Made by a program: the position numbers and the translations under genes. Positions 9,815 through 20,785 of a DNA stretch of 64,000 nt are shown here, in pieces. Location of the stretch: NCBI GenBank assembly GCA_964463915.1, contig CAYXEH010000002.1, positions 22,038 through 86,037 on the forward strand, given 5' to 3'. Numbering within the stretch: position 1 is the first letter of the stretch; every line of letters starts with the position of its first letter. Below the pieces are notes generated by a model. That model searched no databases, had not been told where the DNA came from, and saw nothing but the letters and a program-made list of their open reading frames with translations. This DNA comes from an uncultured Bacteroidales bacterium (GTDB taxonomy: Bacteria; Bacteroidota; Bacteroidia; Bacteroidales; UBA7960).

Positions 9815-10896
9815 CTTTTCCCGGACCAAAGGCAACCACCGGCAGACAATTCCCCGGATACACAAAATATGTACGCCGGAAAATTATTTTTATCGTCTTC
9901 CTTGTTGTTTTAAGCATTTTGTTGTTCCTGGCGGCCATCTCCCTGGGAGCCGTAAGCCTCCCCATTGGTTCGGTGATCCGGACATTCTTTCATCCCGAAA
10001 GCGTTCCGGCAGTCAGAAATATCGTCATCAGTATCCGGCTGCCGCATGCCATCGCGGCGCTGGTGGCTGGCGGAGGGCTGGCTGTTTCAGGGGCGGTAAT
10101 GCAGTCGGTGCTTCGCAATCCCCTGGGCTCACCCTTCACCCTGGGCATATCACAAGCCGGGGCCTTCGGGGCTGCCATGGCCATTATACTGATGGGAACA
10201 GGGGTCATGCAATCCACACAAACAGCTGCCCTCACCATAAGCAATCCCTACATTACCATGGCTTTTGCCTTTGCCGCTTCCATGATCTCGGCCCTGATCA
10301 TTATCCTGATCGCAAGGATATACCACACCAGCCCGGATGTAATGATCCTGTGCGGGGTTGCCCTGGGCTCTTTGTTTGCAGCGGCCACCATGTTCCTGCA
10401 ATACTTTGCCGATGATGTGCAGCTGGCTGCCATTGTTTTCTGGACTTTCGGGGATGTAGGAAGAGCGGGCTGGACAGAGATCGGCGTAATGGCCCTTACA
10501 GTCGTTCCGGGCACCCTGTTCTTTGTATTGAACCGGTGGAATTACAATGCCATGGAAGCCGGGGATGAAACGGCCAGGGGGCTGGGCGTTAAAGTTGAGA
10601 CCGTAAGAATCGCCGGCATGATTGTGGCTTCGGTGATCACCGCTTCCATTGTGTCTTTTCTCGGCATTATTGCCTTTGTAGGACTTATCGCCCCGCACAT
10701 TGTCCGGAGAGTAATTGGCGACGACTATCGGTTTTTGATTCCTGCCGCCTTTTTATGCGGGGCGTCATTGCTCCTGGCCTCGGATATTGCTGCCCGGCTG
10801 ATGCTGAAACCCCATGTATTGCCGGTGGCTGTGCTGACCTCCTTTATCGGAGGGCCGGCATTTATTTACCTTCTGTTGAAAAAAAGAGTCAAATAA
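9811..10896 (+). CDS. FecCD/BtuC-family ABC transporter permease
   Basis: Polytopic protein with FecCD-like segments (RLPHAIAALVAGGGLAVSGAVMQSVLRNPL). Its ATG overlaps the upstream stop (ATGA). Confidence 0.9.
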   Translation: MTFPGPKATTGRQFPGYTKYVRRKIIFIVFLVVLSILLFLAAISLGAVSLPIGSVIRTFFHPESVPAVRNIVISIRLPHAIAALVAGGGLAVSGAVMQSVLRNPLGSPFTLGISQAGAFGAAMAIILMGTGVMQSTQTAALTISNPYITMAFAFAASMISALIIILIARIYHTSPDVMILCGVALGSLFAAATMFLQYFADDVQLAAIVFWTFGDVGRAGWTEIGVMALTVVPGTLFFVLNRWNYNAMEAGDETARGLGVKVETVRIAGMIVASVITASIVSFLGIIAFVGLIAPHIVRRVIGDDYRFLIPAAFLCGASLLLASDIAARLMLKPHVLPVAVLTSFIGGPAFIYLLLKKRVK

Positions 10897-11648
10897 TGCT
10901 TGCAGTCAAAGACCTGTCCGTCGGGTACCGTAAAGGAGAACTGATCTTAAAGGATCTCTCATTTTCGCTCAGCCAGGGGAAAATGCTAGCCATTATAGGA
11001 CCCAATGGCGCAGGAAAGACCACTTTGCTGCGCTGCATCAATGCCATTTTAAAACCTTATAAAGGTGTAGTGGATATGGAGGACCAGAATGTCTTTCAGA
11101 TGGAGGCCAAAGAGGTAGCCAGGAAAATCGGATATGTATCTCAGAATAATAAAGCAGGCAACATGACGGTATTCGATGCGGTACTGCTTGGCCGCAACCC
11201 GCATGTGGGCTTCAGAAGTTCTCAGAAAGACCTGGACGTGGCGGGCAATGCCCTCGGGCAACTGAACCTTTCACATCTTGCCACCCGTTACACCAATCAA
11301 CTAAGCGGGGGCGAGCTGCAAAAGGTATGCATTGCACGTGCACTGGTCCAGCAGCCCGAGTTGTTTCTGCTTGATGAACCCACCAGCAATCTTGACCTGA
11401 AGAACCAGATGGATATCATGAAAATCGTCAGAAGGATCACCACCGGCCAAAACCTCTCAGCCGTCATGACTGTTCATGACCTGAACCTGGCTTTCCGGTT
11501 TGCAGACTTTCTGCTCCTGATCAGCAACGGCCATATTGTGACCCACGGACCTCCACAAAGCATTACGCCGGAAGTCCTTTCTGCTGTTTACGGCGTGAAG
11601 GTTGAACTACTCCGGCATAACGGCCATATCCTGGTCGATATCGCCTGA
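10896..11648 (+). CDS. ABC transporter ATP-binding protein (FecE/BtuD-type)
   Basis: Walker A GPNGAGKTT, signature LSGGELQK, Walker B LFLLDEPT. I use the in-frame ATG at 10896, which overlaps the permease stop (TAATG), not the track start at 10755. Confidence 0.9.
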   Translation: MLAVKDLSVGYRKGELILKDLSFSLSQGKMLAIIGPNGAGKTTLLRCINAILKPYKGVVDMEDQNVFQMEAKEVARKIGYVSQNNKAGNMTVFDAVLLGRNPHVGFRSSQKDLDVAGNALGQLNLSHLATRYTNQLSGGELQKVCIARALVQQPELFLLDEPTSNLDLKNQMDIMKIVRRITTGQNLSAVMTVHDLNLAFRFADFLLLISNGHIVTHGPPQSITPEVLSAVYGVKVELLRHNGHILVDIA

Positions 11649-11666
11649 GTCCTTCAGCATCCCCCC

Positions 11667-11864
11667 CTATTCTTCCTCGTACTGGATTACTTCTACGGGG
11701 CAATCCTCAGCTGCCTCCTTAATTGCATCTTCATGTGCACTAAAGTCCGCTCCTTCTTTTACCACAGCCTCATCCTCGGGCAGGTCAAATACTTCCGGGC
11801 AAACATCCACGCATAATCCGCAAGCGGTGCATCCGTCTTCAATCCATACTTTCTTAATAGCCAT
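11667..11864 (-). CDS. small 4Fe-4S ferredoxin
   Basis: 65 aa, CTACGLCVDVCP cluster motif plus the distal CP in AEDCPVEVI, acidic tail. Confidence 0.85.
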   Translation of the reverse strand: MAIKKVWIEDGCTACGLCVDVCPEVFDLPEDEAVVKEGADFSAHEDAIKEAAEDCPVEVIQYEEE

Positions 11865-11912
11865 AACGTTGAATTTTTAAAGGTTCATAATCGGATCTGA
11901 ACGATAATAAAG

Positions 11913-12920
11913 TTAGCAATCTTTTATCAATTTACAACTTACTTCATTTTCAGATTCATTGCCGGAATCAAAGTCATCAAAATTATTCAGGGTGATCCGG
12001 GTGATCTCCTCCAGGCTCTCCCGGGTAAAAAACCCCATATGCGCCGTGATCAGCACATTGGGGTAGGCCATCAGTTGGGCGATCTGGTTATCCCGGATCA
12101 CCGTTTCAGAAAGATCCCTGAAAAATAACTTATCCTCTTCCTCATACACGTCGATGGCCAGGAATCCCAGGTGGCTTTCCTTAAGTGAGTTGATCACCGC
12201 GGCGGTATCAATGAGTTTACCACGGCTGGTGTTAACCAGCATGGCGCCTTTTTTCATTTTATGCAGGGTCTTTTCATTGATCAGGTGATGTGTTTCAGGG
12301 GTGAGCGGACAATGCAGGCTGAGAATATCACTTCCGGCAAACACCTCATCCAGTTTTTTATACTGAACACCCAGTTGTTTCATCTCTTCAGACGGGTATT
12401 TGTCATAGGCGATCACATTCGCTCCGAACCCCCGGATAATGCGAATAAATGCCTGGCCGATCTTTCCGGTGCCGATCACACCGATGGTTTTTCCATGAAT
12501 ATTGAATCCGCTGAGCCGCTCCAGTGAGAAATTGCCATCTCTTACCCTGCCATAAGCTTTGTGCGTCTTACGCGCCAGGGTAAGAGTCAACGCCATGGCA
12601 TGTTCGGCAACCGCTTCGGGTGAATAGGCCGGTACCCGCATCACACGGATATTGTATTTCTCAGCAGCCTTTAAGTCAACATTGTTAAACCCTGCACATC
12701 TCAGGGCAACCAACCTGACGTTCATCTCTGCAAGCTGTTTTAAGTTTGCCTCATTCAACTTGTCATTGACAAATACACAAACCCCGTCAAACCCCTCCGC
12801 CAGCTGTACCGTATTGGATTTCAATCGGGTCTCAAAAAACTCAAAATGATGTTTCTTGCTTCTGTCTGCAAAAAAACGGCGGTCGTATGATTGGGTAGAG
12901 AAAAATGCAATTTTAGCCAT
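11913..12920 (-). CDS. ldhA: D-lactate dehydrogenase / D-isomer-specific 2-hydroxyacid dehydrogenase
   Basis: N-terminus MAKIAFFSTQSYDRRFF. NAD-binding GVIGTGKIGQAF. LdhA-like length (335 aa). Confidence 0.85.
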   Translation of the reverse strand: MAKIAFFSTQSYDRRFFADRSKKHHFEFFETRLKSNTVQLAEGFDGVCVFVNDKLNEANLKQLAEMNVRLVALRCAGFNNVDLKAAEKYNIRVMRVPAYSPEAVAEHAMALTLTLARKTHKAYGRVRDGNFSLERLSGFNIHGKTIGVIGTGKIGQAFIRIIRGFGANVIAYDKYPSEEMKQLGVQYKKLDEVFAGSDILSLHCPLTPETHHLINEKTLHKMKKGAMLVNTSRGKLIDTAAVINSLKESHLGFLAIDVYEEEDKLFFRDLSETVIRDNQIAQLMAYPNVLITAHMGFFTRESLEEITRITLNNFDDFDSGNESENEVSCKLIKDC

Positions 12921-13030
12921 TGTCTGAATACTATTAAAAGTACAAAATGTTCATTGGTTTACATCCGATAAACAAATCCCATAAAGCATTGTTTAACATT
13001 ATTATCCTCATTTTGTGTCAATCATGAGAT

Positions 13031-14689
13031 ATGTCTGAAGAAATTTTAGCCCTACTGGCTTTCTTTCCGATTTTCACCATATTCATGCTGATGGCTGTTT
13101 TCCGCTGGCCGGCCACCAGGGCGATGCCGGTTTCCTTCGGGATCACACTGTTACTGGCGATCTTCACCTGGGAAATGCCTGCGCAGTGGATCGCTGCAGC
13201 CTCCTTCAACGGACTGATCATTGCTGTGAATATCCTGCTGATTGTATTCGGAGCACTTACCCTGCTGTTCACACTACGCGAAAGCGGTGCCATTGCAGTG
13301 ATAAACCGTGGTTTTGTAAGTATTTCACCAGATAAGAGAATACAGGCCATCATCATTGCCTGGCTGTTCGGGAGTTTCCTGGAAGGGGCCGCCGGTTTTG
13401 GTACACCCGCCGCCCTGGCTGCCCCGCTTCTGCTGGCCCTGGGGTTTCCGGCCCTTGCTGCAGTGATGGTGGCGCTGATTGCCAACAGCACTGCGGTATC
13501 TTTCGGGGCTGTGGGCACACCCACCCTGATCGGACTGGGTACCTCCCTGAATCTTCCCCATGTAGTACACTCCATTGAACAAAGCGGATCCTCTTTCGGG
13601 TTGTTCATCCACCAGGCAGGCGGTCTATCGGCTCTGTTGCACATGGTCCCTGGCATTCTGGTTCCCCTGATTATGACCGGGATGCTTACCCGGTTTTTCG
13701 GAGAGAAAAAAAGTCTTCGCGAAGGACTCGCCATCTGGCCCTATGCCATTTTTGCCGGGCTTTGTTTCGTCGTTCCTTATGTGCTTGTGGCCATCTTTCT
13801 CGGACCGGAGTTTCCGAGTATTTTCGGTGGCCTGATCGGGCTGCTGATCCTTATACCTGCGACCAGGGCAGGCTTCCTGGTGCCGAAAAAAACCTGGGAT
13901 TTTCCCGATCGCAGCAAATGGCAACCCAACTGGACAGGGGCCATTGAAGCAGGCTCAGGGCTGGAAAAATCCGGCATCCCCCTTACAAGGGCATGGTTCC
14001 CCTACATACTGATCGGGCTGTTGCTCATCATTACCCGGGTACGTTTTTTGCCTTTTAACAACTGGCTTGGTTCGGTCATCATCCAAAAAGAATCACTGTT
14101 TGGCACAACGATTTCAGCAGGCCTGGAGCCCCTGAATAACCCCGGCTTATTTCCTTTTGTGCTTGTGGCCCTGTTCAGCATTTTCCTGTTCAGGATGTCA
14201 AAGAAACAGGTAAAGACTGCCTGGACAGAATCCTTCAACCGCATCAAAGGGCCTGCAATTGCCCTGGTTTTTGCCGTACCGATGGTAAGACTCATGATGC
14301 AGTCGGGTGAAAACCCCGGCGATCTGCTCAGTATGCCCCTTGCCATGGCCAGCTTCATAGCCGGCATCGCCGGCGCCATCTGGCCGTTATTCAGCCCGTT
14401 CGTGGGGGTGCTGGGTACTTTCATGGCCGGGTCCAATGCCGTATCCAACATGCTGTTCACGCTCTTTCAACACGCCGTGGCGGAAGAATCAGGATTTCCC
14501 CCACTGCTGATCATCAGCATGCAGAATGTGGGCGGGGCCATCGGAAACATGGTAGGCGTGCACAACATCATCGCCGCCTGTGCCACCGTCGGACTTTCCG
14601 GGCTGGAAGGCGATCTGCTCAAAAAGAATCTCATCCCGGTATTGATCATGGGACTCATGGTCGGAATAATCGGGATGATACTGGCCTGA
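13031..14689 (+). CDS. L-lactate permease family transporter (LctP family)
   Basis: 552-aa polytopic protein with LctP-like segments ([37 protein letters not shown]). Divergent from ldhA. Confidence 0.85.
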   Translation: MSEEILALLAFFPIFTIFMLMAVFRWPATRAMPVSFGITLLLAIFTWEMPAQWIAAASFNGLIIAVNILLIVFGALTLLFTLRESGAIAVINRGFVSISPDKRIQAIIIAWLFGSFLEGAAGFGTPAALAAPLLLALGFPALAAVMVALIANSTAVSFGAVGTPTLIGLGTSLNLPHVVHSIEQSGSSFGLFIHQAGGLSALLHMVPGILVPLIMTGMLTRFFGEKKSLREGLAIWPYAIFAGLCFVVPYVLVAIFLGPEFPSIFGGLIGLLILIPATRAGFLVPKKTWDFPDRSKWQPNWTGAIEAGSGLEKSGIPLTRAWFPYILIGLLLIITRVRFLPFNNWLGSVIIQKESLFGTTISAGLEPLNNPGLFPFVLVALFSIFLFRMSKKQVKTAWTESFNRIKGPAIALVFAVPMVRLMMQSGENPGDLLSMPLAMASFIAGIAGAIWPLFSPFVGVLGTFMAGSNAVSNMLFTLFQHAVAEESGFPPLLIISMQNVGGAIGNMVGVHNIIAACATVGLSGLEGDLLKKNLIPVLIMGLMVGIIGMILA

Positions 14690-14815
14690 GATTTATAAAC
14701 CCCTTATCTTTACAAAGACATCTTAGTCACCACGGCACTTTTTATCAAAAAAGCCTTTGTAAATTTACATTACTTAAACCGGCACCAAAGCGAACTACAA
14801 GCCAAAATATCAATA

Positions 14816-16954
14816 ATGAACAATATAACCACATGGCCAGGCAATCCCTACCCGCTGGGCTCAACATACGACGGCAAAGGGGTAAATTTTGCCCTGTTTA
14901 CTGAAAATGCCACAGCCGTTGAACTTTGTCTGTACGACAAAGACGAGAAGGAAACACACCGCATTCCAGTCTCCGAGCGCACGCATAACAATTGGCACAT
15001 TTACATTCCGGACATTCAACCCGGGCAGCTATACGGATACCGTGTTCACGGGCCCTATAAACCGGAGAAAGGACACCGCTTCAACCCGAATAAACTCTGC
15101 ATTGACCCTTATGCGAAAGCCCTCAGCGGGATAGAAAAGTGGAATAATTCACTGTTCGGATACAAGGTGAAAGACCCGGGCAAAGACCTGTCTTTCAGTA
15201 AAAGCGACAGCGCCCCCTTTGTTCCCAAAAGCGTGGTGATCGATGATCAGTTCAACTGGTACGGGGATACACAGCTGCATATCCCGCTGAACAAAACGGT
15301 AATATATGAGATGCACGTCAAGGGCTTCACCAAAAGATTTCCGGGTCTGCCGGATGAGATCAGGGGCACCTATGCCGCCCTGCGCCACCCGGATGTCATT
15401 GCTTACCTGAAAAAACTCGGGGTCAATGCCGTGGAGCTTATGCCTGTGCATCATTTCATCCATGACCACCACCTTGTCAAACAGGGGTTGTCGAATTACT
15501 GGGGATACAACAGCATCAATTTTTTCGCTCCCCATCCTGAGTACTCTGCCAGCAGCAATGCCGGAGCAGACCAGATCTATGAATTCAAAAACATGGTCAA
15601 GTCCCTGCACGAAGCAGGCATTGAGGTGATCCTGGATGTGGTGTACAACCATACGGGCGAAGGCAATGAATGGGGACCCACCCTTTGTTTCAGGGGCATA
15701 GACAATGCGGCCTATTACCGCCTCCCGAATGACGACAAGCGTCACTATGTGGATTATACCGGCACAGGGAACACCCTCAACACGGTACACCCGACCATTC
15801 TGCGGCTGATCATGGACAGTCTCCGATACTGGGTAACCGAAATGCATGTGGACGGTTTCCGGTTTGATTTGGCATCCGCATTGGCCAGGGAATTCAGCGA
15901 TGTGGACAAATGGGGATCCTTTTTTGATGTGCTTCACCAGGATCCCGTGTTGTCGCAGGTCAAGCTCATTGCCGAGCCCTGGGATGTGGGTGAAGGTGGT
16001 TACCAGGTTGGAAACTTCCCGCAGGGATGGATGGAGTGGAACGGGCATTACCGGGATGTGATGCGGGATATCTGGCGGGGTGAACAACAGAAACTGGGTG
16101 ATTTTGCCTGGCGGCTGACGGGCAGTTCCGACCTGTATTACGACGACTGGAGGCGCCCGGTGGCAAGCATTAACTTTATCACGGCCCATGACGGCTTCAC
16201 CCTGCGCGATTTGGTGTCCTACAATAAGAAACACAACATGGCCAACGGGGAGAACAACCGTGACGGGGAAAGCCATAACCGTTCCTGGAACTTCGGCGTG
16301 GAAGGACATACCGACGACCCCGGCATCAATTACCAAAGAAAAAAACAAGTCAGGAACTTCCTGAGCACCCTGTTGCTCTCACAGGGGATTCCCATGCTGG
16401 TGGCCGGCGATGAACTGGGCAGGACACAGAACGGGAACAACAACCCCTACTGTCAGGACAATGAGATATCCTGGATTGACTGGGAGAATATGGACCAGGA
16501 ACTGATGGAATTCACTGCGCAGCTTATCCGGATGCGAACGGAGCATCATGTTTTTACCCGCAAAAACTGGTTCAAATACAAGCCGGTAAACGGCAGCAAG
16601 GTAAAAGACATTGAATGGTTCCGCCCCGATGGAAATATCATGACCATTCACGACTGGGAGAACGAAGGGGACCAGGTCATCGGGGTGTATCTTTCGGGCA
16701 ACGGGATTCCGGGAAGGACCTACGACGGGAAAAAACTGAAGGACGATGATTTTTATGTAATCTTCAATGCACACGGCAAGGAAGTCAGCTTTACCCTGCC
16801 GCCCGGGGACTGGGGTCAATCATGGATACTGATCATGGATACGGACAAGGGTGCGTTTGACCAAAATGGCCTCAGGACCATTCAGGCGGGTGAAGAGCTC
16901 AAGGTAAAAGAACGCTCCGTGGCGCTGCTGAAAAGCCCCCGGAACAGGTCCTGA
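14816..16954 (+). CDS. glgX: glycogen debranching enzyme (GH13)
   Basis: N-terminus YPLGSTYDGKGVNFALF. GH13 catalytic regions DGFRFDLAS and LIAEPWDVG. Confidence 0.92.
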   Translation: MNNITTWPGNPYPLGSTYDGKGVNFALFTENATAVELCLYDKDEKETHRIPVSERTHNNWHIYIPDIQPGQLYGYRVHGPYKPEKGHRFNPNKLCIDPYAKALSGIEKWNNSLFGYKVKDPGKDLSFSKSDSAPFVPKSVVIDDQFNWYGDTQLHIPLNKTVIYEMHVKGFTKRFPGLPDEIRGTYAALRHPDVIAYLKKLGVNAVELMPVHHFIHDHHLVKQGLSNYWGYNSINFFAPHPEYSASSNAGADQIYEFKNMVKSLHEAGIEVILDVVYNHTGEGNEWGPTLCFRGIDNAAYYRLPNDDKRHYVDYTGTGNTLNTVHPTILRLIMDSLRYWVTEMHVDGFRFDLASALAREFSDVDKWGSFFDVLHQDPVLSQVKLIAEPWDVGEGGYQVGNFPQGWMEWNGHYRDVMRDIWRGEQQKLGDFAWRLTGSSDLYYDDWRRPVASINFITAHDGFTLRDLVSYNKKHNMANGENNRDGESHNRSWNFGVEGHTDDPGINYQRKKQVRNFLSTLLLSQGIPMLVAGDELGRTQNGNNNPYCQDNEISWIDWENMDQELMEFTAQLIRMRTEHHVFTRKNWFKYKPVNGSKVKDIEWFRPDGNIMTIHDWENEGDQVIGVYLSGNGIPGRTYDGKKLKDDDFYVIFNAHGKEVSFTLPPGDWGQSWILIMDTDKGAFDQNGLRTIQAGEELKVKERSVALLKSPRNRS

Positions 16955-17029
16955 CACCTTCAGATCTAACTGCTACTGCCCGCAGGAAAAGCTGAAAGGA
17001 GCTCTGTCGCCCTGTTTTAAATGATTTAA

Positions 17030-19663
17030 ATGCCACCCATGTACAATCCTGTATCCACCTACCGGATTCAGTTTCACCGGGGGTTTACCCTGGAACAACT
17101 GGCCGCACAAAAAGAATACTTTGCCCTGCTGGGACCCGGCACCATTTACGCCTCTCCTTTACTGAAGGCCGTTCCCGGGAGCACACACGGATATGACGTG
17201 ATCAACCCCCTTGAAATCAATCCAGAAACAGGCAACCTGCAGGAATTCAAAAAACTCACCGGAGCGTTTCAGAAAGACGGGATCGGTTGGCTCCAGGATA
17301 TCGTTCCCAATCATATGGCTTATCACCGGGGAAATACCTGGCTGATGGATGTCCTTGAAAACGGGAGCCGGTCTCCCTCCCATGCTGTTTGTGACCTTGA
17401 ACCGGGCGTGCCCGGCTCCACGAACCCTCTCATGGCCCCCTTCCTTGACAGCAGCCGTGAGGAAGCGATCCGTAACGGGGAGGTCAGACTGGGGTGGGAA
17501 AATGACAATTTCTGCATCCGATATTTCAACCAGGTTTATCCTTGCAATCCCGATACTTTTTCATCCCTTCTAAACGAACAGGCCAGTGATAAGCAGGGCA
17601 AAGAACTGGTCGGACATATCCTGAATAAATACAACAGTGATCCGTCAAAACTAAAGGAAGTCCTTGACAATCAGCACTACACCCTATGCCACTGGCAGGA
17701 AACCGAAAAAAGGATCAATTACCGTCGTTTTTTTACCGTTAACAGCCTGATCTGCCTGCGCATGGAAGATGAAAAAGTGTTTCAGACCTGGCATCGGTTT
17801 TTGGCAAAACTGCTTCGCAAAGGTCATATTAACGGTCTTCGGATCGATCATGTGGACGGGTTGAATGATCCCGACAGATACCTGCGATGGCTCCGGGAGT
17901 TATCAGGAAACAACACCTACATTGTCACGGAAAAGATCCTGAAGCAGGACGAAGACCTCCCGGAGTTCTGGCCGGTGCAGGGAACCACGGGGTATGATTT
18001 CCTGGCCATGGTCAATAACCTGCTGACCGATGTCAGGGGAACTGCTTCACTGGAGAAATTTTTCAGGGAATTAACCACTGTCACGGCCCCTCCTGCCGAA
18101 CTGAACTATCAGAACAAGAAGATGATCCTCACCACCCGGATGCACGGTGAGTGGGACAACATTGTGGAATACTTTGACCGGCTTGGTTTGATGGATTTCG
18201 AAAAAGAAGGGATCACCAAAAAAGAAATAAAAGAAGCCATAGGGGAGTTTATGCTGGCCTGCCCTGTGTACCGCCTTTATCCCCGCAAATTCCCGATCCA
18301 TGGCCAGGACAGGAAACGGGTGCAGGAAATTATAAAAAGTGCCAAACAGCGAAACCCCGGCATTGTTCCGGCACTGGATATACTGGCCGGCGTATTGCTC
18401 TCCCGGGAGCAAAAAGACAACGGGCGTGTTCACAAAGTGGGGGGCTTCTTTAAACGCCTCATGCAGTTTACCGGTCCGCTGATGGCCAAAGGGGTGGAAG
18501 ATACCTCCATGTACCAGTACAACTACTTCATTGCACACAATGAAGTGGGTGATGCCATCAATGCAAAGGGCATCAGCATTTCGGAATTTCACCGCCATAT
18601 GAAGGCCAGGCAAAGAGGGTGGCCCCGGACCATGAATACCACAAGCACCCATGACACCAAACGGGGCGAAGATGTAAGGGCCCGCCTTAATGTGATAAGT
18701 GAATTAACCGGTGAATGGGAATCAAATGTACGCCGTTGGATGCAGATGAACCAGAAACTGAAGACCAGGTTAGAATCAGGTCTGCCGGAACCATCGGTGC
18801 ATGTGGAATATTTCATTTACCAAACCCTTCTGGGTACATTCCCTTTCAATGGAAAGCCGGATAAACCTTACCTTGACCGGATCGACCGTTACCTGGTGAA
18901 AGCCCTCAGGGAATCCAAGCGGAAAGTAAGCTGGCGCGACCCCGATACATCCTATGAAAACGCCGTCTGCGGCTTTGTCCGCTACATGCTGGCCCCTGAC
19001 CATGACTTCCTGCAGGCCTTTGTCCCTTTTCAGCAAAAAGTAGCCTGGCGGGGCGTGGTGAACTCCCTGACCCAGCTCGCCCTGAAATGCACCTGCCCGG
19101 GAGTACCCGATATTTACCAGGGCACAGAGTTGTGGGATCTTACACTGGCAGACCCGGATAACCGCAATGCGGTCAATTACAGCGACCGACTCCGGCTCCT
19201 GCAGGAAATGCTACATCAACAACAGCAAGGAGCCGCGCAGATGATCCGTTCACTTTCCCGGAACCCTTTTAACGGAAAGTTTAAGCTTTGGCTGACCCAG
19301 GCCTTGCTTAATCTGCGAAAGGAAAATCCGGATTTGTTTGAAAAAGGGGCTTATCTTCCCCTGAAAGCGGAAGGGAAATACCGGCGGCACTTGCTGGCGT
19401 TCGCAAGGCATTGGGATAGTCAGTGGTTGATTGTGGCCGTTCCCCTGATTACGGCAAGTCTGTCTGATAAACAGGACGGCGAATATTTGTCTGAGGTTGA
19501 CTGGGGCACTACGCGCATTGTCATACCGGGCAAAAGCACAACCCACTGGAAAAATTTACTTACTTTGGCCAACCAAAAATTTACCGGCAGCATTCCGGCC
19601 GCGGAAATTTTCTCAGCTGCCCCGGCAGGTATTTTCATGAAAGAATTAACCAATAAACCCTGA
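17030..19663 (+). CDS. treY: malto-oligosyltrehalose synthase
   Basis: YRIQFHRGFT, ASPLLKAVPGSTHGYDV, GLRIDHVDGL. 877 aa. Immediately downstream of glgX. Confidence 0.9.
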   Translation: MPPMYNPVSTYRIQFHRGFTLEQLAAQKEYFALLGPGTIYASPLLKAVPGSTHGYDVINPLEINPETGNLQEFKKLTGAFQKDGIGWLQDIVPNHMAYHRGNTWLMDVLENGSRSPSHAVCDLEPGVPGSTNPLMAPFLDSSREEAIRNGEVRLGWENDNFCIRYFNQVYPCNPDTFSSLLNEQASDKQGKELVGHILNKYNSDPSKLKEVLDNQHYTLCHWQETEKRINYRRFFTVNSLICLRMEDEKVFQTWHRFLAKLLRKGHINGLRIDHVDGLNDPDRYLRWLRELSGNNTYIVTEKILKQDEDLPEFWPVQGTTGYDFLAMVNNLLTDVRGTASLEKFFRELTTVTAPPAELNYQNKKMILTTRMHGEWDNIVEYFDRLGLMDFEKEGITKKEIKEAIGEFMLACPVYRLYPRKFPIHGQDRKRVQEIIKSAKQRNPGIVPALDILAGVLLSREQKDNGRVHKVGGFFKRLMQFTGPLMAKGVEDTSMYQYNYFIAHNEVGDAINAKGISISEFHRHMKARQRGWPRTMNTTSTHDTKRGEDVRARLNVISELTGEWESNVRRWMQMNQKLKTRLESGLPEPSVHVEYFIYQTLLGTFPFNGKPDKPYLDRIDRYLVKALRESKRKVSWRDPDTSYENAVCGFVRYMLAPDHDFLQAFVPFQQKVAWRGVVNSLTQLALKCTCPGVPDIYQGTELWDLTLADPDNRNAVNYSDRLRLLQEMLHQQQQGAAQMIRSLSRNPFNGKFKLWLTQALLNLRKENPDLFEKGAYLPLKAEGKYRRHLLAFARHWDSQWLIVAVPLITASLSDKQDGEYLSEVDWGTTRIVIPGKSTTHWKNLLTLANQKFTGSIPAAEIFSAAPAGIFMKELTNKP

Positions 19664-19675
19664 GTCTTAACATCT

Positions 19676-20542
19676 ATGAAGCTTAATCCCTACCTGGCCA
19701 TCATCATTGCCTCCACCATTGGCGGATCAAGCGGAGTGTTTATCAAGCTGCTTGACCTTCCTTCCACTTCCATCACATTTTTCCGGATGGCCATCCCGGT
19801 ACTTGTACTGCTGGTGTATTTTCACTGGAAGAAAGTCAGGCTGTTCCGGGGCAATTACAACATCATGCTGCTGGCCTCGGGACTTAATGCCACCCGAATG
19901 TTTTTGTTTTTTGTGGGATATTTGTATACCACCATCGGCAATGCCGTGATCATCCTGTTTACCTGGCCCATCTGGGCCTCCTTGTTCGGGACCCTGTTTT
20001 TAAAAGAAAAGGTGTCCCCAAGAACAGCCATCCTGATCGGCCTGGCTTTCTCAGGGCTGGTCATCATGTACCTCAACAAGGAGATCAGTTTCGGCAACCA
20101 GGATTTCATTGGCATGGTGGCCATGTTGTTTTCTGCCATCCTTTTTTCCATCACCGCCATTATTTTCAAAAAGGAGCTGGTCAGGTACAGCAGAACCGAA
20201 ACCATTTTCTACCAGAACCTCGTGGGAGCCATCATTTTTACACCCTTTCTGTTTCTCAACACCCCGGCGCCCACCATCCCACAGGTCACTGTGGCTTCCA
20301 TCTACGGCTTTTTAATTGGCATTGTGGCATTCGTACTTTTCTTCTATGCCCTCCGGAGACTGAAAATGAGCCACTACTCACTGTTTACCTACTGGGAGGT
20401 GATCGCTGCCGTGTTTTTCGGCGCAGTATTTTTCAACGAAGCCATCACACCAAACATGGTCATCGGTGGAGGACTCATCCTGGCCTCAGGCATAATGCTG
20501 AGAAAGCAGAAAGCCTCTGTTCCTGCAGACAAGGTTGAATAA
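19676..20542 (+). CDS. EamA/DMT-family transporter
   Basis: 288 aa, 10 predicted TM helices in two EamA-like halves. Confidence 0.8.
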   Translation: MKLNPYLAIIIASTIGGSSGVFIKLLDLPSTSITFFRMAIPVLVLLVYFHWKKVRLFRGNYNIMLLASGLNATRMFLFFVGYLYTTIGNAVIILFTWPIWASLFGTLFLKEKVSPRTAILIGLAFSGLVIMYLNKEISFGNQDFIGMVAMLFSAILFSITAIIFKKELVRYSRTETIFYQNLVGAIIFTPFLFLNTPAPTIPQVTVASIYGFLIGIVAFVLFFYALRRLKMSHYSLFTYWEVIAAVFFGAVFFNEAITPNMVIGGGLILASGIMLRKQKASVPADKVE

Positions 20543-20785
20543 TATGTACCCGGGAAGAAATAAACAACCGGATTATCATCTTTATGCCCGTTCTGGTGAA
20601 ACTATTTCAAGTTCATACAACCTGTGTGCGAATCCGTACAAAAACTGTTCGTATACGTACGTCTCTGGAATTTATTCGTGTACCAATCAATCACAGGACA
20701 TTTATTATTAACGTATTGAAACGTTTGGTCTGATGCTTGTTACAAGACCAACAGATTGGTCTTTATTCAATGCAATACTTTAAAC

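Noticed and set aside
10755-10895. N-terminal extension of the ABC ATPase ORF (track start 10755)
   Set aside because: It overlaps the 3' end of the permease gene in another frame. The in-frame ATG at 10896 (TAATG junction) gives a normal ATPase N-terminus, MLAVKDLSVGY.
15149-16348. 399-aa minus-strand ORF inside glgX, with similar long antisense ORFs at 44757..45575, 29208..29849, 35923..36504, 40389..40892, 47418..48041 and 53530..54129
   Set aside because: Each lies fully within and antisense to a gene with clear family motifs. The translations are low-complexity or His/Pro/Gly/Arg-rich with no recognisable domains. These are typical shadow ORFs.
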